A DNA stretch of 63,403 bases, counting the filler, from Octopus bimaculoides (lineage: Eukaryota), in NCBI RefSeq assembly GCF_001194135.2. It is 6 parts of 6 records of this genome, joined end to end, with 100 filler letters (N's around TTAATTAATTAA, not from the genome) between each part and the next. Parts side by side here need not be neighbours in the genome. Positions count along the whole stretch, not along the records: positions 22,103 to 41,454 come from NC_068987.1; positions 41,555 to 44,829 come from NC_069000.1; positions 44,930 to 58,412 come from NC_068988.1; 3 more parts are not named here. The stretch is one strand, 5' to 3'. Below, piece after piece: positions 34,017-49,089 of this stretch. Every line of letters begins with the position of its first letter. Within the stretch, counting starts at the first letter, position 1. A model generated the notes under the pieces. The model had not been told where the DNA came from and made no database searches. It worked only from the letters and a program-made list of their open reading frames with translations. Both the position numbers and the translations under genes were made by a program.

Positions 34017-37000
34017 CAATGCAGGAAGCTGCACAAATGCAGATGATCAGAAACAAGCACCTATGAGCGCTGGAAATTGGAGCCATTCAGTTGTGATGTA
34101 TTGAAGAATTTTGAATTTTGCAATTTAATGCTTCTGGTGAATCAACAGATCTCTTCTCTCTTTATATATATATATATATTGGGAGAGAGAGAGAGAGAGA
34201 GAGAGAAATACATACACGCACACACACAAGCAAACATATTTACATACACATGAAGACGATCCATACATGCATGCATATTCATAAATGTAAATACAAACAC
34301 ATGCATTCACATACATAGATAAGAAATAGGATGTTTGACTTGTGTTTAAGCGGATGTGTACATGCATACGACCCTGATTGTGTGTGTGTCCATGTAAAGA
34401 CTGATATCTGGTAACATTTTCCCCTTTCTTTCCCTCCTCTTCCTCCTTCTCCTTCACCACCAGCGCCATCATTACCACTACTAAACCACCTGAACGACGA
34501 ACCTAAAAAGTGGCCGAGTATTCCACAGTATACCCTTAGTATGATCCTCAAAGTGGACCAGCATGACAAAGCTGAGTGTACAATCCACCCCAACGGGCTT
34601 CCGTACAGTTTCCATCTACCCAGTTTCTCGTGACACAGCCTGGCTATGGCAAAAAACATTTGATCCAAGATACCATGCGATGAGATCGAACTCGAGCTCT
34701 CATGATCGCGAAGCAAACTTTTCAATCCCTCACTCAAGCCAATCAGGATGCTTCTACATGTCGCTCAATTTGCTAAAAATAGCAGTCAAATCAACTTGAA
34801 ATTATTCCTAAATGCATTCAAAGGAAAAGTAGCACATTGAATAATGTAATCCTAGATATATTATGTCTAAATAAAAGACGGATTTGTCATAGATGGAATG
34901 CTTTATCTCAGTTAAGTTTGATTCCGGGCTGACCTATGTTTAGACAACACAAAAAGAACAAACAGTACACATTGCCATTTCTGCGGCGCGGTGGCGAAAT
35001 TGTTGGTGTAGGGAAAAACGATTTGCAGTGCTTCTTTCGGCTCTTTAAGTTCTAAGTTCAAATTCCGCTAAGGTCAACTTTGCCCTTCAAATCTCCGGCA
35101 CCAATAAAATAAGGTACCAGTCACGTACTGACAACGATAGTATCGACTTCTACCCATTCTCTCAAAATTGCCGGCCTTGTGCTTAAATCTGATGTCATCA
35201 TTATTATATCTTTCTCTCTCTACACACACGTGTATGTACGTGTGTGTAGATAGATAGATAGATAGATAGATAATCGCACATAGACATAAGCTTACATTCG
35301 CAAACATGCAATCATATACATTCATACATAATTAGATAGACAAATAGGGTTGTTAGATAAATTTGTTCGCCCTACCCCCTATTATTTCAATTGTTTCCAA
35401 CGGTATTTAAATTAGCACGAAAAGCATTTTAACGAGGTTTTTTTTTCTTTTTTTGGTCTAGCTCTATTCGTCCTCTACAACTTTCGTTTATCTTTTTGAA
35501 ATTTGAATGAATTTTACTCCTATTCAGGGATATAACGATGGAGTACCAAGTAGGAAAAAGAAATCCAGCGAATTTATTTGACGAATTTACATTTTATCCA
35601 TTTCCCAAGAAGCGGGTTGCATGAGACATGGGTCATTATCAGGCGAGCTGCAACACTAGAAAAATCTGTTAAGTAATTTTTCGTTTGGATATGCCATTCA
35701 GAAAGTCTTGCGGGCCGCAGGTTTCCAATGATTTATCACAGAGTGAAAAAAAAAAAATTGTTTGAGCTCCAGTATTATTTCTGCGAGAGGAGCTGACCGG
35801 AATCCACCCCTATTCATTAAAAATAAATTCATTAATAGTGGCATACCTTAAACTAGATTCTAAATTACTCAAAATTGCTGAATAGAACTTTCTTAATTAT
35901 TATAGAATTAACAATTTCAGTGTCTGCTGCTCATATGCAAATTAGACGGACCTGTTTAGACATGTCCCAGTTTGTGTGTTCTACAAATAGCTGTTATTTA
36001 CAACCTCAACATAGATAAGAGATAATTCTTTGATGAAGTTCTAAGATGGGTGGAATTTCCGAAGACTATCTGTTACCACCTTATGGGGGGCGGGGGTGCT
36101 TAAAAAATGTAATTTTTCCCCAAAAGTTTTTGTCAGAATCGTAATTGTCTGTGTATGAAATAATAATCCTTTTTACTGAAGGCACAAGGCCTTGAAATTT
36201 GGTGGGTTGGGGGACTAGTCGATTACCTCCACCCCAGTGTTGCACTAGTGCTTAATTTATTGATCTCGAAAAGATTAAAAGCAAAGTCGACCTCGGCGGA
36301 ATTCGAACTCAGAACGTAAAGGCAGACGAAACACCACTAAGCATTTTTGCCTGGCGTGCTAACGATTCTGCCAGCTCGCTGCTTTTGTGTTAATGATAAT
36401 AATGATAACAAAATTAAGGGACACCTCCCCAATTCCTTACCGTTTTTCTCCCCTATGAGGTAGTGATAGCTATTTACAAAAAATTGCCCTAAGATTAGAA
36501 ATAAGCCAGATCTACTCACGAAGTGACAAAATCCAGTAGCATAGCAACGTTACTTAATCTTCTGTGTGGGGTTAATAATATTTATTTTATTAAGGCCGCA
36601 AGCTGGCAGAAACGTTAGCACGTCGGGCGAAATGCTAAGCGGTATTTCGTCTGTCTTTATGTTCTGAGATCAAATCCCGCAGAGGTCGATTTTTGCTTTT
36701 CATCCTTTCGGGGTCGATAAATTAAGTACCAGTTGTGTACTGGGGTCGATCTAAACGACTGGCCCCCTCCACCAAAATTTCGAGCCTTGTGCATAAAGAA
36801 TATTAATATTTTATATCATTTCTATTACAAATCAATCCCAGGTTATTACATTGTTTTATTTTGTAAGTCTGGTATTTATTCTATCGATACGTTTTGCCGA
36901 ACCTCTACGTTACAGTGACGTAAACAAACCAACAAGAGTCGTCAAGCAGTGTGTGAACAATCGCAAAAATATGCGCACGCTCACACACAAACATACAAAC

Positions 37001-38364
37001 ACATATGCATATATACATATACAATGGGCTTCCACGCAGTTTCCGGGTATCAAATTCACACACAAGACATTGGTCGGTTTTAACACTAATAGAAGCAACT
37101 TGCCCAAGTCGCCGCGTAGTGAGATTGAACCTGAAACCATGTCCGCCGGAGCACTGCCTTGACGGGTTTTTGGTTGAGCAAGTCGACCCCAGGACTTATT
37201 TTTAAGCCAAGGACTTATTCTATCGCTCCACTTTTGCAGAACCGCTATGTTACAGCGACGTAAACACACCAACAACTGTTGTCAAGCGGTGATGGTGGTG
37301 GGTAAACAGATACACACACACACATATATATATATACGACGGGCTTCTTTCAGTTTCCACTCTCAAGGCTTTGGTCGGTCCGAGGCTTTAGTAGGAGATA
37401 CTCGTACAAGGTGCCACGCAGTGGGACTGAACTTAGACCCATGTGACTGAGAAGCAAGCTTCTTACCACACAGCCACGCCTACGCCTATGCCACACGCGC
37501 GCGCGTGCACACGTATGTATGTATGTATACTATAGATGAAATTTTTTTTCATCATGACTGAGTTCCACGCTACCGATTATTCACACGATTGAGTCACTCT
37601 CAGTAATCAGTAAAGTGACGTTGAGTCATGTTTCAAGAAGGTTCGGCTTCTAACAATATATAAACATTCGATCTTAGGTATTGAGTATTTCTTTCCTGCA
37701 GTAAGCGCAAACTTTCACTATCCCAGCTACACGCGCGCATGCGCACGAACACACACACTCATACACGCATGCGCGCGCGAGTTACTATCTGTTAAGTAAT
37801 AAATTCGTTTGTAATGATTTTTTTTTCTATTAAAGTTCATTGTTCGCCTTTTTACACGCGTTCAGCACTTTCACCGCACATATACACATCCACATATACA
37901 CGCGTAGAGATATATATATGCATACACGTATTTCGGTACACGCGTATATAATACGTGTGTGTATGTTTGTGCGCGCATGTGTATATACATTTACATACAC
38001 ACATATATATATATATATATATATTCTTTTATTTGTTTCAGTCATTTGACTGCGGCCATGCTAGAGCACTGCATTTAGTCGAACAAATCGACCCTAATAC
38101 TTATTCTATCGTTCTGTTTTGCCGAACCGCTATGTTACGTAAACACACCAACATCGGTTGTCAAACGATGATGAAGGTGGGGGACAAACAGACACACAAA
38201 CATATACACATACATATACCACGGGCTCCTTTCAGTTTCCGACTACCAAATCCATTCACAAGGTTTTGGTCGGCCGGAGGCTATAGAAGAAGACACTTGG
38301 CCAAGGTGCCATGCAGTGGGACTGAACCCGAAACCATGTGGTTGGTAAGCAATCTACTTACCAC

Positions 38365-38405
<41 letters not shown>

Positions 38406-39277
38406 NNNNNNNNNNNNNNNNNNNNNNNNNNNNNNNNNNNNNNNNNNNNNNNNNNNNNNNNNNNNNNNNNNNNNNNNNNNNNNNNNNNNNNNNNNNNNNN
38501 NNNNNNNNNNNNNNNNNNNNNNNNNNNNNNNNNNNNNNNNNNNNNNNNNNNNNNNNNNNNNNNNNNNNNNNNNNNNNNNNNNNNNNNNNNNNNNNNNNNN
38601 NNNNNNNNNNNNNNNNNNNNNNNNNNNNNNNNNNNNNNNNNNNNNNNNNNNNNNNNNNNNNNNNNNNNNNNNNNNNNNNNNNNNNNNNNNNNNNNNNNNN
38701 NNNNNNNNNNNNNNNNNNNNNNNNNNNNNNNNNNNNNNNNNNNNNNNNNNNNNNNNNNNNNNNNNNNNNNNNNNNNNNNNNNNNNNNNNNNNNNNNNNNN
38801 NNNNNNNNNNNNNNNNNNNNNNNNNNNNNNNNNNNNNNNNNNNNNNNNNNNNNNNNNNNNNNNNNNNNNNNNNNNNNNNNNNNNNNNNNNNNNNNNNNNN
38901 NNNNNNNNNNNNNNNNNNNNNNNNNNNNNNNNNNNNNNNNNNNNNNNNNNNNNNNNNNNNNNNNNNNNNNNNNNNNNNNNNNNNNNNNNNNNNNNNNNNN
39001 NNNNNNNNNNNNNNNNNNNNNNNNNNNNNNNNNNNNNNNNNNNNNNNNNNNNNNNNNNNNNNNNNNNNNNNNNNNNNNNNNNNNNNNNNNNNNNNNNNNN
39101 NNNNNNNNNNNNNNNNNNNNNNNNNNNNNNNNNNNNNNNNNNNNNNNNNNNNNNNNNNNNNNNNNNNNNNNNNNNNNNNNNNNNNNNNNNNNNNNNNNNN
39201 NNNNNNNNNNNNNNNNNNNNNNNNNNNNNNNNNNNNNNNNNNNNNNNNNNNNNNNNNNNNNNNNNNNNNNNNNNNNN

Positions 39278-39316
<39 letters not shown>

Positions 39317-40324
39317 GCACACAAACACACAGAAGGTGGTGGCGAACCCTGCTGTACTCTTTCACCACAACTTTCTCTCACTCTTTCTTCCATATATATA
39401 CATGTGAAGGGCAGCATTCAAAACTATACATGCATAAAATTTCTTTCCAGTGACACTTGTCATCGAACAAGCATTTACGCCAGTCATGGGTAAATTGCGG
39501 CCCACGGGAAGAAATGACCTTGAATTTCTTCCTTTTTTTTATATAGTAGTGCGGCCCGCCTAATGATGAGTCATGTCTCATGCGGCCCGCTCCTTGTTCG
39601 ATCTATGCAATACATCGACTCGTTAGAAATAACAACGAAATCCTTTTAAAGCGCACTTTCGTTGTTTTCTTTTTTTAAGATGCATTGGACAATACATGAA
39701 AAGACTGAGTTTTTGATCATAGACATGGTCAGTAACTTTCCTTGGGTTAAACAACAACAATGCTGTCCGAAGAGTTTTCAAATACTCTCTTATATTTCGT
39801 AAATGTCAAAACAAATAAACAAACACATTAAATACAAATCAATACGAACAAAAAAAAAAAACGAGGGTGCTTTCGCGTGGTCTGTCGACGTACTAGAAAT
39901 TGCAGTCAAGTCACGTCTCCTGCAATGCGCATCACTGCCGTCTTTATACATTAAACAATGCATTTGCAGACACAAACGAAATGGTTAATGCTTAGAATAT
40001 CTTTACGCACGGAGGTCTGCTCCATCGGATTTAGGATTTAACAACAATAAAACAAGATCGTTTAGAAAATATATAAGCGATATAAAAAAAATATACAAGC
40101 GATAATTAAAAAAAATGATTATATAGGCAAAATGCTTACGGTTATATGTTTAGAATTTTGGCTCCCGCCATAAATTGTATATATAAATGTAAGTTCCAAA
40201 ATATTTTTATGTCGCGACAGAAGACACTGGATTCTGTTGTTATTCCTGTTTTGCAAAGCGAAACGTTCTTAAGTAGAACTGTATATATATGCTTATGATT
40301 ATGTATAAATATATATATGCGTAA

Positions 40325-40360
<36 letters not shown>

Positions 40361-40868
40361 CTATATATATATGTGTAAATATATAGACGTTTATGAAAAT
40401 ATATGTATTATTTTATGATATGAATAGATATGCGATATCCACGTTCGAGTAGTCCTTGTAAGATTAACAATATTATGGGCCTAGCATGAATTTAAATGAA
40501 TTTGGTGGCGGAGGGGGAGTCAGTTGCGGTGACAGTGCTTGACACAGTGGAGCAATGGTGGTGGCGGCGGCGGTGATGGTAGTGGAGGAGGGGAGGAGGG
40601 GGAAGAGGAGGAGGAGGAGGAAGAGAAAGAGAGCGAAAGGGAAAATGAGAAGTTTAATAGCCAGTGAGATCCGGGAATACACATATTTGTATGTACGTAT
40701 GTGTATGTGTATATATATGTGTATGTACATATATGTATATGTATTTTTTTCTCTCAAATTTGTCAATAAGCAGAAAATGAAACGGATATGGAAAGAGAAA
40801 AAAAAAAAANNNNNNNNNNATAAACATACGTGCATGTATATATATTTACACACACACACACACACAGA

Positions 40869-41205
40869 GTGGAGGAGCAATGACCCAGTGGTCAGAGCAG
40901 CGGACTCGCGGTCGTGGAATCGCGGTTTCCCAGACCGGGCGTTGTGAGTGGTTATTGAGCGAAAACACCTAAAGATACACAAGGCTCCAGCAAGGGCTGG
41001 TGGCGAACCCTGCTGTACTCTTTCACCACAACTTTCTCTCACTCTTTCTTCCTGTTTCTGTTGTACCTGTAATTCAAAGGGCCAGCTTTGTCGCATACTC
41101 TGTCTGCGGAGTGTTCAGCCACTTGCACGTTAATTCCACGAGCAGGCTGTTCCGTTGATCGGATCAACTGGAACCCGCGTCGTCGTAATCGACGGAGTGC
41201 CACGA
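40869..41205 (+). mobile_element. SINE family B, near full length
   Basis: Collinear with 12972-13360; CpGs largely retained. Confidence 0.88.
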
Positions 41206-41561
41206 CACACACAACTTTAGTGTTTATGTGTGCGTGTCATACGAAGTGTTGACTTTTCCCCAAGTTACTGCTGATAGAACGAATATATGATTAAAGGCTC
41301 TCCAACCGTGCCAATCCCTGCAGCCAGTGATGCGTATCATAAGAGTGTACGACTGATATGAAGTTGAATTAGTAATTTCTAGCGGCTTGCGCAATAACGT
41401 AGAGACAATCTCGTTGACTCATATACACGTGTTGTGTTTATGTTTATAAACACANNNNNNNNNNNNNNNNNNNNNNNNNNNNNNNNNNNNNNNNNNNNTT
41501 AATTAATTAANNNNNNNNNNNNNNNNNNNNNNNNNNNNNNNNNNNNNNNNNNNNATACACA

Positions 41562-41597
<36 letters not shown>

Positions 41598-41635
41598 TAT
41601 ATACACATGCATATATATATATACGCATATAAACT

Positions 41636-41673
<38 letters not shown>

Positions 41674-42329
41674 CATACACAACATATATATATATATGTT
41701 ACACATACATACACACATATACACAAATACATATGTGCGTGTGTGTCTGTGTGTGTGTATATTATTCTATCATCCCATTTGTAACTTGAAAGTGATCCAG
41801 ATCGCATCAGTTTCCTTTCATCTTAACGAAGTTCAATAAAAATGCAATGAGTCGATTTTGCGTACAAAACTGACCTAACACCTCGTCAAAACACACCAAC
41901 GCACGAACACACAAACACGTACATACACACACGCACACACACACACGCTTACGCGTTGACTCACACACGTACACAACACACACACACGTAGATTCACACT
42001 CACACACCGCGCGCGCATCTCTGTGATGTAGACCATACCTACATTTCACTTCATCAAATGGCATACACAAACAATGGGTTTTAAGAAAATATTGACTTTA
42101 CGCCGAGTCACTAACTATATATATATATATATATGTATGTATACTGCTCTCTACAACTGTGTTAGCATGGTGTTTTAAATGGTCGTTATTGATCAAAGGT
42201 TTATTAGGGCTCAGACAACCCTTACGCCTGGTGTAAGTTAATAAAACGTAGGGACCTTACTTCTGACCCTTTCATGCGGCTGACAACTTTTATCTGTGTT
42301 AAATAACTTAACAGAAACTAATGGAGCCC

Positions 42330-42371
<42 letters not shown>

Positions 42372-44159
42372 NNNNNNNNNNNNNNNNNNNNNNNNNNNNN
42401 NNNNNNNNNNNNNNNNNNNNNNNNNNNNNNNNNNNNNNNNNNNNNNNNNNNNNNNNNNNNNNNNNNNNNNNNNNNNNNNNNNNNNNNNNNNNNNNNNNNN
42501 NNNNNNNNNNNNGAGAGAGAGGTTGGGGGAAGAAAAACTAACAGAGTAGCAAAATAGATTTGATCCTTAACAAATCAAGATAAGGCTTTAGAAAGGTTAC
42601 TTCCGGTAATCAGCGTTTAGCCAAATGGTATACAACAAGGCGCGTGGCTCAGTGGTTCGGGTGTAGAACTCACGTTCGTAAGGCCACGAGTTCTATATTC
42701 GGCGGTGTTTTATGTCCTTGAGCAAGTCGCTTTATTTCGCGCTATACACCAACCCACTCAGCTGGCTGAAAAAATGAGTAGTACATGTATTTCAGAGGGC
42801 CAGCCTTGTCCCATTCAGTGTGTCGTTAAGAACTGCGTTAAGGGTGCGAGGGCCACTTGCACGTTATTTCACGAGCTGAGGGTTCCGTTGGTCGGTTCAA
42901 GTGGAACCCTTGCCGTCGTAAGCGACGAAGTGCCATATCATACAATGATTAATTTAATATGAACCTCTCAAGGAAGATGACCGGGATTATTTAACCCTAG
43001 GTTAGCCGTGATCAAGCAGACCCATGACCAACAGTGTTGTATTTGGGACAATTCTGGGTCCTCCCACCACACTGTTTTTATATTTCCACTCCTAAATATA
43101 GTGTATTCTTGGATCACATTATCCAACATACCTGTTTTTATTTTTTGTAAGGCGTTAGGGTGGGAGTTGATAGATATTTGGTTTCTATTTCTAGCAGGTA
43201 ATAGCGCCTGTACAGTTTGTTGGCTCGATATGGTTGTGTGATTCAGAAGCACGTTTTATAATCATGCTGTTTCGGGCTCAGTTCCATTGCGCGGCACATT
43301 AGGTAATATTTTCTTCTAATAACCCCGGATCGACCAATGCCTTGTGAGTGAAACTGGTAAACGGAAACTGTGTGGAAGCCCATCGTATGTATATGAATGC
43401 GTGTGCGTACGTGCGCGCGTGTATGTGTGTGTGTGTATATATGTGAGTGTGTGTGTATGTGTATGTGTATTTCTTTGTGTCTGTAGGTGCTGTCCAGCAC
43501 CGCTTGACAACAGGCGCTGGTTTCGTTAACGCCACCGTGATTTAGCGGTTCGGCAAAAATGACATTACTGGCATCGATTTGTTCGCTAAAAATTAAAAAA
43601 ATAAAATAAACTAAAAATCTTCCAAGGCGGTGCTCCAGCATGGCCGCAATCCCAATGACTGAAGCAAGTAAAAGATTTTAAAAAATCAAAAAAAATCAAG
43701 GATATTGTTTGCAAAAGAAAAATCTGATATTACTGGGCATAAATAACCAATTAATTGACTGTTTGATTTCTTTTAAATGAAATCGCTTTATAACAATGTG
43801 GACACTTCATTACTGATAGAAGTCATCAAAAGGCCATGTTAGCACATACTAAAAAAGAAGCGTGCGTACGCAAAGACACACACACGTATGCATACACATA
43901 CGTATGTACATACACACCCAAAGGTGTTTGATTTAGAATATCCTGTGTATAATTCTATTATATACACGCACAATACACGGTGCTCCAATATATTTAATTA
44001 TATAGTCTTAAAGACATAAAAGCAGTGATAAAACAATGTTTTTCTTTTTAATTGAACTGAATAAACAAGATCTTTTGATTTCGTTGGTTAATTCAGTTAT
44101 TATTATTGTTGTTGTAGTTGCTGATGTTGTCGGTATTAATATTATTATTATTATTATTA

Positions 44160-44198
<39 letters not shown>

Positions 44199-44239
44199 GT
44201 TATTTCTCTGGTAGCCTTTGTAACAGTGTTTCATCGGAA

Positions 44240-44320
44240 CGAATTAAATTTAGCAAGCAACAGCTTGTTACCTGACTTCCAAACTAAGCTAGACTTCCGG
44301 GTGAGTTAAAACTGCCTTGT
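44240..44320. promoter_or_regulatory. Possible promoter or first-exon end at the edge of the CpG-retaining block
   Basis: ACTTCCGG ETS-type motif (44293-44300) directly followed by a GTGAGT donor-like site; motif evidence only. Confidence 0.2.
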
Positions 44321-44708
44321 ATTACAATACAAGGTCCTACTTCGAAGTCTCACCTTCAGCAAAGCTTTAATTAACAGAAACTTCAAGTTTCCCTTTTTGA
44401 TCTGGCAGCTGCTACTATTATTGTTTACAGTGCTACGTACGACACTTTCCCAGCAGAATTTCATCGCTTCTGTTTCTATTTTCTCTTGTACCAATGGCCA
44501 AACCGAATGTATTTTGGATGGCTGCTCTATTTCAACTCTTAGCTTAGAAATGGAGAAAAAACATAGTGCTTGATATATTAAAAAATAAGCCATCGGGGGC
44601 TAGAAATAAAGCGGAAAAACTTGGAATGCTTCGACTTCGGGCAGGCATGTGAGTTGTGCGAAATCTGTGATGAGCCCAAGTGATGATGATGACCAGGATT
44701 TGCCTTTG

Positions 44709-44752
<44 letters not shown>

Positions 44753-44781
44753 GTGTCTATGTATATATATTTGTACATATC

Positions 44782-44816
<35 letters not shown>

Positions 44817-45267
44817 ATATATATCTATANNNNNNNNNNNNNNNNNNNNNNNNNNNNNNNNNNNNNNNNNNNNTTAATTAATTAANNNNNNNNNNNNNNN
44901 NNNNNNNNNNNNNNNNNNNNNNNNNNNNNAATTATTTTCCAAGATCTTAAAAAACATTTTTGGTAAATTTCTTACTCTGAGAGAAAAAAAAGGGGGGGGG
45001 GCGAACCAAATTACTTCTCTTATTCTGGGTCACGAAACTTTTGTTTTAAATATCCCCATATTAGGATTTTCCGGTATCGTATGCCTATTTAAAGTGCCCT
45101 TATATTTATTTATATGTTTATTTTTATTTCCATCGTTCCCAGTCCCGTTTCTAAAAAAATTGCTTACTACGGTTACTACTAATAAATGTCTTACCTCCAC
45201 ACCGATCGAACGCAATATGGTCGGGTGGTGAACCTGCCATCTTATTTTTAAATCTTGTGTTATGTAT

Positions 45268-45610
45268 CTATGAAATTCTAGTTTTGAAGCTGCTTGCCTC
45301 AAGAGCGTTATTATAAACTGGCGCGTGTTGGTTAAAAATTTCTTCGTTTGATGATAGATTTGATATTCTAATCGAAATGCCCGTAAGAATACTATCTACT
45401 GTAGATCTTGGATGATTTGATGAGACGTTTAAATATGACACAGATTTATTAGGTTTACGGAATGGACAAAATAGACCCGTATCCAGGCACAATGTCACGT
45501 CCAGGAAATTTATTTTCCTGGAGTTGATATCAAATATAATATCTAGGTTGAAGAAGTCCGTAAGGAAACACCTCAGGGACTTCCTCAACCTATTTAAAAC
45601 AGATTTAGAT
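45268..45610 (-). mobile_element. Penelope-like element RT C-terminal fragment
   Basis: KINFLDVTL...FRKPNKSVSYLNVSSNHPRSTVDSILTGISIRISNLSSNEEIF, a typical PLE RT thumb-region motif set. Confidence 0.85.
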
Positions 45611-46562
45611 NNNNNNNNNNNNNNNNNNNNNNNNNNNNNNNNNNNNNNNNNNNNNNNNNNNNNNNNNNNNNNNNNNNNNNNNNNNNNNNNNNNNNNNNNN
45701 NNNNNNNNNNACACACACACACACACACACACACAAGGGGTTATTGAAAAGTTACAGGCTTTAAGAGTATCGCAAAAGGCCTGGTTGTAGGCCCACCTTC
45801 TGAGTTCTTTTACTGAGTTCTTTTAGAACTGCAATAAATGTGTGAATCTGAGAGGAGAATATGTTGAATAAAATTATAATTAACTGATCTTCCAGTATTT
45901 TCCTTTACCCAAAGTCAGGAACTTTTCGGTACCCCTCCACACTATCCATGTCTTTACACGTGTGTGTGCATGTAAGTGTGCATGTGCACGTGCATGTGTA
46001 AATATAAATATAGCTATGTACTTTACTTGTGTATTTATATAGTGTATGTGGGTAAATATCTAAACATATTTATATCTAAGCATCATTTATAGGAACTGAT
46101 AAAAATTAAGGTCAGTAAATCCCTCTTAGTCTTTGTTCCTATGCCTAATGGTGTCATAAATCTATATTCCATTACTACTTACACACTGTGCATATAAACA
46201 TGCTTAAAGTCAATATCCTGTTCTGAGTGTGATCTCTATCTAGTAAACTAATATTTTTCAATTAATCTTCCCCTGTGTTGTGACATGAAGAGAAAAGCCA
46301 AATTTGACACCACTTCTCTAGATGTACACATCCAACGTTTGCACTGCTGTATATTAACAGACCTTCAGCAAATATTCCAGTTTAATACAAACTGTGATTA
46401 TAGGTGAATGCAACTGTTACTTTGGGTTAGCTTTGCATAATTCAATCTTACATTCAACACTCAAACATATGTAAGTGAATGATTTCTGAGAACAAACTCT
46501 CTAGTCTTGCTTTTTTTTACATACATGTGGGACGTGACTCTGTGTGTGTGTGTGTGTGTATG

Positions 46563-46612
<50 letters not shown>

Positions 46613-47647
46613 NNNNNNNNNNNNNNNNNNNNNNNNNNNNNNNNNNNNNNNNNNNNNNNNNNNNNNNNNNNNNNNNNNNNNNNNNNNNNNNNNNNNNNNN
46701 NNNNNNNNNNNNNNNNNNNNNNNNNNNNNNNNNNNNNNNNNNNNNNNNNNNNNNNNNNNNNNNNNNNNNNNNNNNNNNNNNNNNNNNNNNNNNNNNNNNN
46801 NNNNNNNNNNNNNNNNNNNNNNNNNNNNNNNNNNNNNNNNNNNNNNNNNNNNNNNNNNNNNNNNNNNNNNNNNNNNNNNNNNNNNNNNNNNNNNNNNNNN
46901 NNNNNNNNNNNNNNNNNNNNNNNNNNNNNNNNNNNNNNNNNNNNNNNNNNNNNNNNNNNNNNNNNNNNNNNNNNNNNNNNNNNNNNNNNNNNNNNNNNNN
47001 NNNNNNNNNNNNNNNNNNNACTTGGAAAAGGATGTGTAGCGTTCGATCATATAATAATATAAATAATATATAGATATAGGCATATATCCATACATATATG
47101 TACATACCTACATCTATATGTATACATACATCCATATATGGGTACAGGACATCAAAAGAAGCGTTGAACACAATGAGTAACGAAAACATAAAAACGAAAA
47201 CAGAAAACGGACATTTTTCGAACAACGAAAAAAACAAACAGAGAAACGAATCATCATCTTCATTTAATGTTTGTTTCGCTGCTGGCATGGATTGGACAGT
47301 TTGACCAGAGCTGGCAAGGTGGGGAGCTGCACCTTACTCCAGTCTGAATCAGCATGCCATTCCCAATGCCAATTACTTAAGAGTGTGTACTGGGTGCTAT
47401 TATGTGCCAGTGCATGGGCACTTTTATGGAGCTCTACATGGGCGTTTTTACATGGTATTGCACAAGTGCTTTTATGTGGCACCACCATGAGTGCATTACA
47501 CCAGCAGCGGGATTGGTCTTAACACTTCTGCTGCAAGGTTCAGGCCTTCTTGAATATGGCTAGGTGCCAAGTGTCTCAGTCCTTTGGATTCTTGCCTGAA
47601 AGGTTCAGTTTCCTGAGGACATTCTTCAGCATTTAATCCAAGTCGTC

Positions 47648-47682
<35 letters not shown>

Positions 47683-49089
47683 TCATCATCATCATCATCA
47701 TCGTTTAAAGTCCACTTTCCATGCTAGCATGGGTTGGACGATTTGGCTGAGGACTGGTGAAACCAGATGGCAACACCAGCCAACAATCTGATTTGGCAGA
47801 GTTTCTACAGCTGGATGCCCTTCCTAATGCCAACTACTCAGAGAGTGTATATATATNNNNNNNNNNNNNNNNNNNNNNNNNNNNNNNNNNNNNNNNNNNN
47901 NNNNNNNNNNNNNNNNNNNNNNNNNNNNNNNNNNNNNNNNNNNNNNNNNNNNNNNNNNNNNNNNNNNNNNNNNNNNNNNNNNNNNNNNNNNNNNNNNNNN
48001 NNNNNNNNNNNNNNNNNNNNNNNNNNNNNNNNNNNNNNNNNNNNNNNNNNNNNNNNNNNNNNNNNNNNNNNNNNNNNNNNNNNNNNNNNNNNNNNNNNNN
48101 NNNNNNNNNNNNNNNNNNNNNNNNNNNNNNNNNNNNNNNNNNNNNNNNNNNNNNNNNNNNNNNNNNNNNNNNNNNNNNNNNNNNNNNNNNNNNNNNNNNN
48201 NNNNNNNNNNNNNNNNNNNNNNNNNNNNNNNNNNNNNNNNNNNNNNNNNNNNNNNNNNNNNNNNNNNNNNNNNNNNNNNNNNNNNNNNNNNNNNNNNNNN
48301 NNNNNNNNNNNNNNNNNNNNNNNNNNNNNNNNNNNNNNNNNNNNNNNNNNNNNNNNNNNNNNNNNNNNNNNNNNNNNNNNNNNNNNNNNNNNNNNNNNNN
48401 NNNNNNNNNNNNNNNNTTCTAAGCGATGGTGGGGGGAGCAAACACAGACACAAATATACACTCATAAATATATATATATATACACATAAAAGACACCATT
48501 TCGAGCGTGGCCGTTTTCGTGCAGGTGACACGTAAAAGCACCCACTACACTCTCTGAGTGGTTGGCGTTAGGAAGGGCATCCAGCTGTAGAAACTCTGCC
48601 AAATTAGATTGGAGCCTGGTGTAGCCATCCGGTTACACCAGTCCTCAGTCAAATCGTCCAACCCATGCTAGCATGGAAAGCGGACGTTAAACGATGATGA
48701 TGGTGATGATATAGGACAGACTTCTTTCAGTCAATCAAATCCATTGAGATGGCTTTGGTCAGCTGAAGGCTATAGTAGAAGACATAGTAGAAGATACATA
48801 GTGGCACTGAACCCAGAACCATGTGGTTGGGAAGCAAGCTTTTTAGCACACAGTCACACCCGTGCTTATATATATAGATATATATATATATGCACGGGTG
48901 TGTGTGTGTGTGTGTACACATATCTATATATACACACACAGATATATATACACATAAATATATCATAATGAAAGTATTAATAGTTTCACTATTAAAATTG
49001 GAAGTATTATCTTACTTTACAATAGAGATGTTATTGTTTCACTGTTGACACATAATACTGAAATAATGTAACAGATAAGAGATTTCTCC

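Noticed and set aside
44660-44700. GTGATGAGCCCAAG near a PLE fragment
   Set aside because: No complementary stem II strand and no downstream GAAA.
46284-46402. Plus-strand open frame MKRKAKFDTT...; also a 54-nt candidate exon near 51252-51305
   Set aside because: Weak splice context, no recognisable domain, no consistent gene model for 45-57 kb.
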